NCBI GenBank assembly: GCA_973895155.1
Contig: OZ316892.1
Location: 1,303,123 to 1,367,122 of the forward strand
Origin: Marsupella aquatica
Taxonomy: Eukaryota > Plantae > Marchantiophyta
DNA length: 64,000 nt
Reading direction: 5' to 3'
Shown here: one piece after another, positions 61,094 to 64,000 of the stretch
Numbering within the stretch: the first letter of the stretch is position 1
Layout of the letters: every line of letters begins with the position of its first letter
The notes under the pieces: model-generated
Told to the model about the DNA's origin: nothing
The model's input: the letters and a program-made list of their open reading frames with translations, nothing else
The model's database searches: none
Made by a program: the position numbers and the translations under genes

Positions 61094-61845
61094 CTGTCTT
61101 CTCTGATTCTCCCCTCTCTCCTATCGTCTATTAACGCAAATTCTTGAATCAGTTACTAGTTGGCAGACGGGAGACAGTAATGGGCCGATTGCACCACCTC
61201 CACTCGCTGCTGTTCCATCTCCTCTGTGTGTCTCCTTTTCTCTCGCCTCTCTCGTCCTGAAACACAAATCCTCGAGTCAAGTACCAGTTGGCAGGGCTGT
61301 CACAAATAAGGCCAAGTCCCGTCTCTCTTCTCGTCTTTAAGCGAAAATCCTCAAATCAATTTTCAGATGGGAGGGCGGGAGCGCCACAACAGGAAACCGA
61401 CGATACCCTCCCTCCGTCATCTCTTGTAGAAACACAAATTCCTGAATCAATTATCAGTCCGTCAGGCGGGAAGCCACAGTAGGAGCGCACCAGGCTTCCC
61501 CGAGCTAGAGACAGGGCTGATCAATCAAGAGGAGAGACCACCCAAATCTCGGCGAGGCCTTTCCGCACCCAGCGATGGCACACTCTGTTCCTTCTGTTTG
61601 CTGCTGCTTGTCCTACTGGAGCTCCACCTCCGCCTAGTTTCTTCGTCCTCCACCGCTCCAACCTGCCCCGAACATTTACGCCGGACCTCTGCTTCTGCTC
61701 TGCTTCACTAAGATCGCGTTTATCTCGAAGTTTCAACCAGTCATCTTCACTCACAGCCTCCGTCTCTGACCCCTCCCTCTCTTACCCTTTTCAATTTCTC
61801 CCCTTCCCTTTTCTCTTTGTGAGATGTGTCTTCAAAGGAAATGAG

Positions 61846-62129
61846 GAGGTTCCATGGGCCAGGGGCAGGGAGTACGATCACTCCCTCTGACACCCCCTGG
61901 AACCCAAAAACAAAGTATGTCAAGGTGTACACAGTTTTGACTTAGGAGCCAATGAGAACGCCCTATATTGTTCCTATACAGGGGATACCCTGAAATTTAA
62001 CAGGGAGTGTGAGGAAAAATCATACTCCCTACTACACTAAATGTATACCCCTCAGTCCCCTGGAAAAACTGCAATTTTATTGGTTTCAAAATCCTGAGAG
62101 TATCCCTACTCCCAGCCCCATGGAACCTC
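61846..62129. mobile_element. Probable MITE
   Basis: TIRs GAGGTTCCATGGG / CCCATGGAACCTC. No clear TSD. Confidence 0.6.
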
Positions 62130-62207
62130 GCTTTAGTAGAGTCTCCTCACCCTAATAGTGGATACTCCTTGGTTTATTGGGCTTCGTTGGTCTTCTTGGT
62201 GTCATTC

Positions 62208-62377
62208 CTTTTCCTTCCCTTTAATACCCTGTCTTTTGGCACTGTAATAGTGACAACATCTAATGTAGAGAACTCATTTTAGAGTGAGCCGCTGCTTTTC
62301 CTTCCCTTTAATATCCTGTCTTTTGGCATTGTAATAGTGACAACATCTAAATTAGGGAACTCGTTTTAGAGTGAGCC
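62208..62377 (+). repeat. Two-copy ~87-bp tandem duplication
   Basis: CTTTTCCTTCCC..TAAT..CCTGTCTTTTGGCA.TGTAATAGTGACAACATCTAA...TTTTAGAGTGAGCC occurs twice. Confidence 0.88.
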
Positions 62378-62379
62378 CT

Positions 62380-62556
62380 AGTGATCCCACATGGAAGGGC
62401 AACCAGGGGTGAGGAGATGATCAGAACTCTCATCCACTACCCACAAGATCCATCCCACACACATATACGCTCCACACCCCTGTGTGGAAGGATTGAACCT
62501 GGGACCTTTTAGTCCCAGGCTAATCCCCTAGCTAGCTGACCTAAGTCAGTTGGTTC
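62380..62556 (-). mobile_element. Possible tRNA-derived SINE
   Basis: Minus strand shows A-box-like TAGGTCAGCTAG, B-box GGTTCAATCC (62490-62499) and a CCTGGGAC..GTCCCAGG stem, but no proper cloverleaf. Confidence 0.45.
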
Positions 62557-63553
62557 CCCTCTCCCTTTTCAATCGGGAATTGCTCCCCGTACTGCTATGG
62601 TGTTCAAAAATGTTGCTGGGAGATTTTTCCAAAAAAGTTGAGAGAGAAAAAACGTTTAACATGTGACAAGGAAAACCAAAATACCCCCACTGATTTTGTA
62701 GGATATTCTGACCTCTGATTCACATCCATTTGGGGGTGAGTGGACAGTGGCTGGTCATCCAAATAGTAAAATCATCCAAGAATATGAACATGAAGCAACC
62801 AACTTCTACTAGAATACCAAACTTCCCCTTCTCATTCTCTTGAAAAAATTTTTTGGATCATATCAAATGGGTTTAAAGTCCAATTATGGAAAAATCACAA
62901 ATTCAAAATGCTCAACTCAATATTAATCTCAAATCCGTTACTTTTTCCTCGGTAATCCAAATGGGGGTTCACTTGGTGAGCAATAAGGCACCATGGATTC
63001 TGGGCCTGTGGCGACTAGCTACCTTTAACGATGGCAGATCAGAAGCATCCGGATGTAGATGCTGATGATTGCTCCCTCTACGGATGAATACCAACTTGTT
63101 TCTGTTTTCACAGATAGGGTTAATATATGTTCAGGATATGGTGATTTTTTTGAATTGTTTTGGGGTTTATCTGCTGAACTGGTCCACATCAGGTTTGATT
63201 GCTGTGCATCCGAGCAATTGCATTGTCAATTTGTCTCACTTTTGAAATGTGCCCGTGCAGGTCTTGGATATCTTCTTTTGAGGATCCACACACTTTTAGG
63301 TACTTTAAACATTTTTTTCCTCATTTATCTAGATACAATAGCCCTAAGTGCATTTTATTACCATTTGGGAAGGATGTTTAAAGTTGGGGCAACCCTATCA
63401 AGTTGTATTGAGCAACAATCGTGCACATTGCATAGAAATGACATTTTGCCTTTTAATTATTCCATTGTCCATTGATAGGGGTGTTTTAGGGTTTAGGCAT
63501 GAGAAGCACTTGTATTAAGAGAATTAGCGAGTCCTTGTGGATGGCTTGAAACA

Positions 63554-64000
63554 TGTTAAGGATTGCTCTTAGTCTTGTGACTCATAGGTTACGGCACTTA
63601 GGCTAACCACAGTTAGGATCTTAGCTGAGGTTAGATTAGTCGTGTGTGACCTTGTATATACCAGGGCTAGTGTAAGCCGTTGGTGTGTGGTGCTTACTGA
63701 TTGTAATAGAGCAACTTGAAGAAGAGGGAGAGGATGTGTGTTCGTCAACTCTTGAAGTAAAGCTTGAGTGTTCGTGTGGACGTAGCCTTGGAGAAGAGGT
63801 GAACCACGTAGAGATTGTGTCGACTACGTGTGCATGGAATGAGTCATGGTTGTATGGTCGTTGCGAATGACGTCTTAGTTCAACAATTGGTATCAGAGCA
63901 AGCCTGGGAGGTGACGTTGAGGTGATCAAATGTGACATGTTGGTGACGGTTTTCCAGCGGTTAGAGTTGGTGGATTTCACGGAGTTCTGTCGCATGGAAC
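63554..64000 (+). mobile_element. 5' LTR (63554-63885) and PBS of another Ty1/copia element running off the window
   Basis: TGTTAAG...TCAACA, similar to the 29181 LTR. Perfect PBS TGGTATCAGAGC at 63888-63899, followed by the same GCCTGGGAGGTGACG leader. Confidence 0.92.

Noticed and set aside
62470-62556. tRNA gene
   Set aside because: A/B-box-like motifs are present but there is no acceptor stem or cloverleaf; better read as a SINE head.
63059-63475. 138-aa ORF
   Set aside because: No motif or homolog in the window, AT-rich and next to an LTR; unsupported.

Overview
Eukaryotic land-plant nuclear DNA, probably from a non-seed plant, though the lineage cannot be fixed from this window. 2140-18155 (+) holds a 40-exon plant kinesin-12 gene (POK1/POK2-like, about 2894 aa by my exon sum) with an in-frame tandem duplication of a three-exon block. 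29-55 kb is a nested transposon cluster: a full-length but decayed Ty1/copia element (29181-37766), a truncated Ty3/gypsy element with an extra upstream ORF, several solo-LTR-like inserts, MITEs and a LINE relic. An intronless F-box gene lies at 59837-61093 (-), and another copia element starts at the right edge. The most unusual signal is two diverged solo-LTR-like elements (35580-37135 and 47846-49178). Both are flanked by the same 4-bp duplication CCGC and share one layout: tandem array, TATA box, then two closely spaced ~65-71 aa ORFs. These ORFs are conserved as protein between the elements, look paralogous to each other, and the second starts with a DLNxxP (EAR-type) motif. Two other inserts also carry cargo ORFs, one of them RPA70-C/OB-fold-like. 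All alignments and counts were done by eye; no database search was run.
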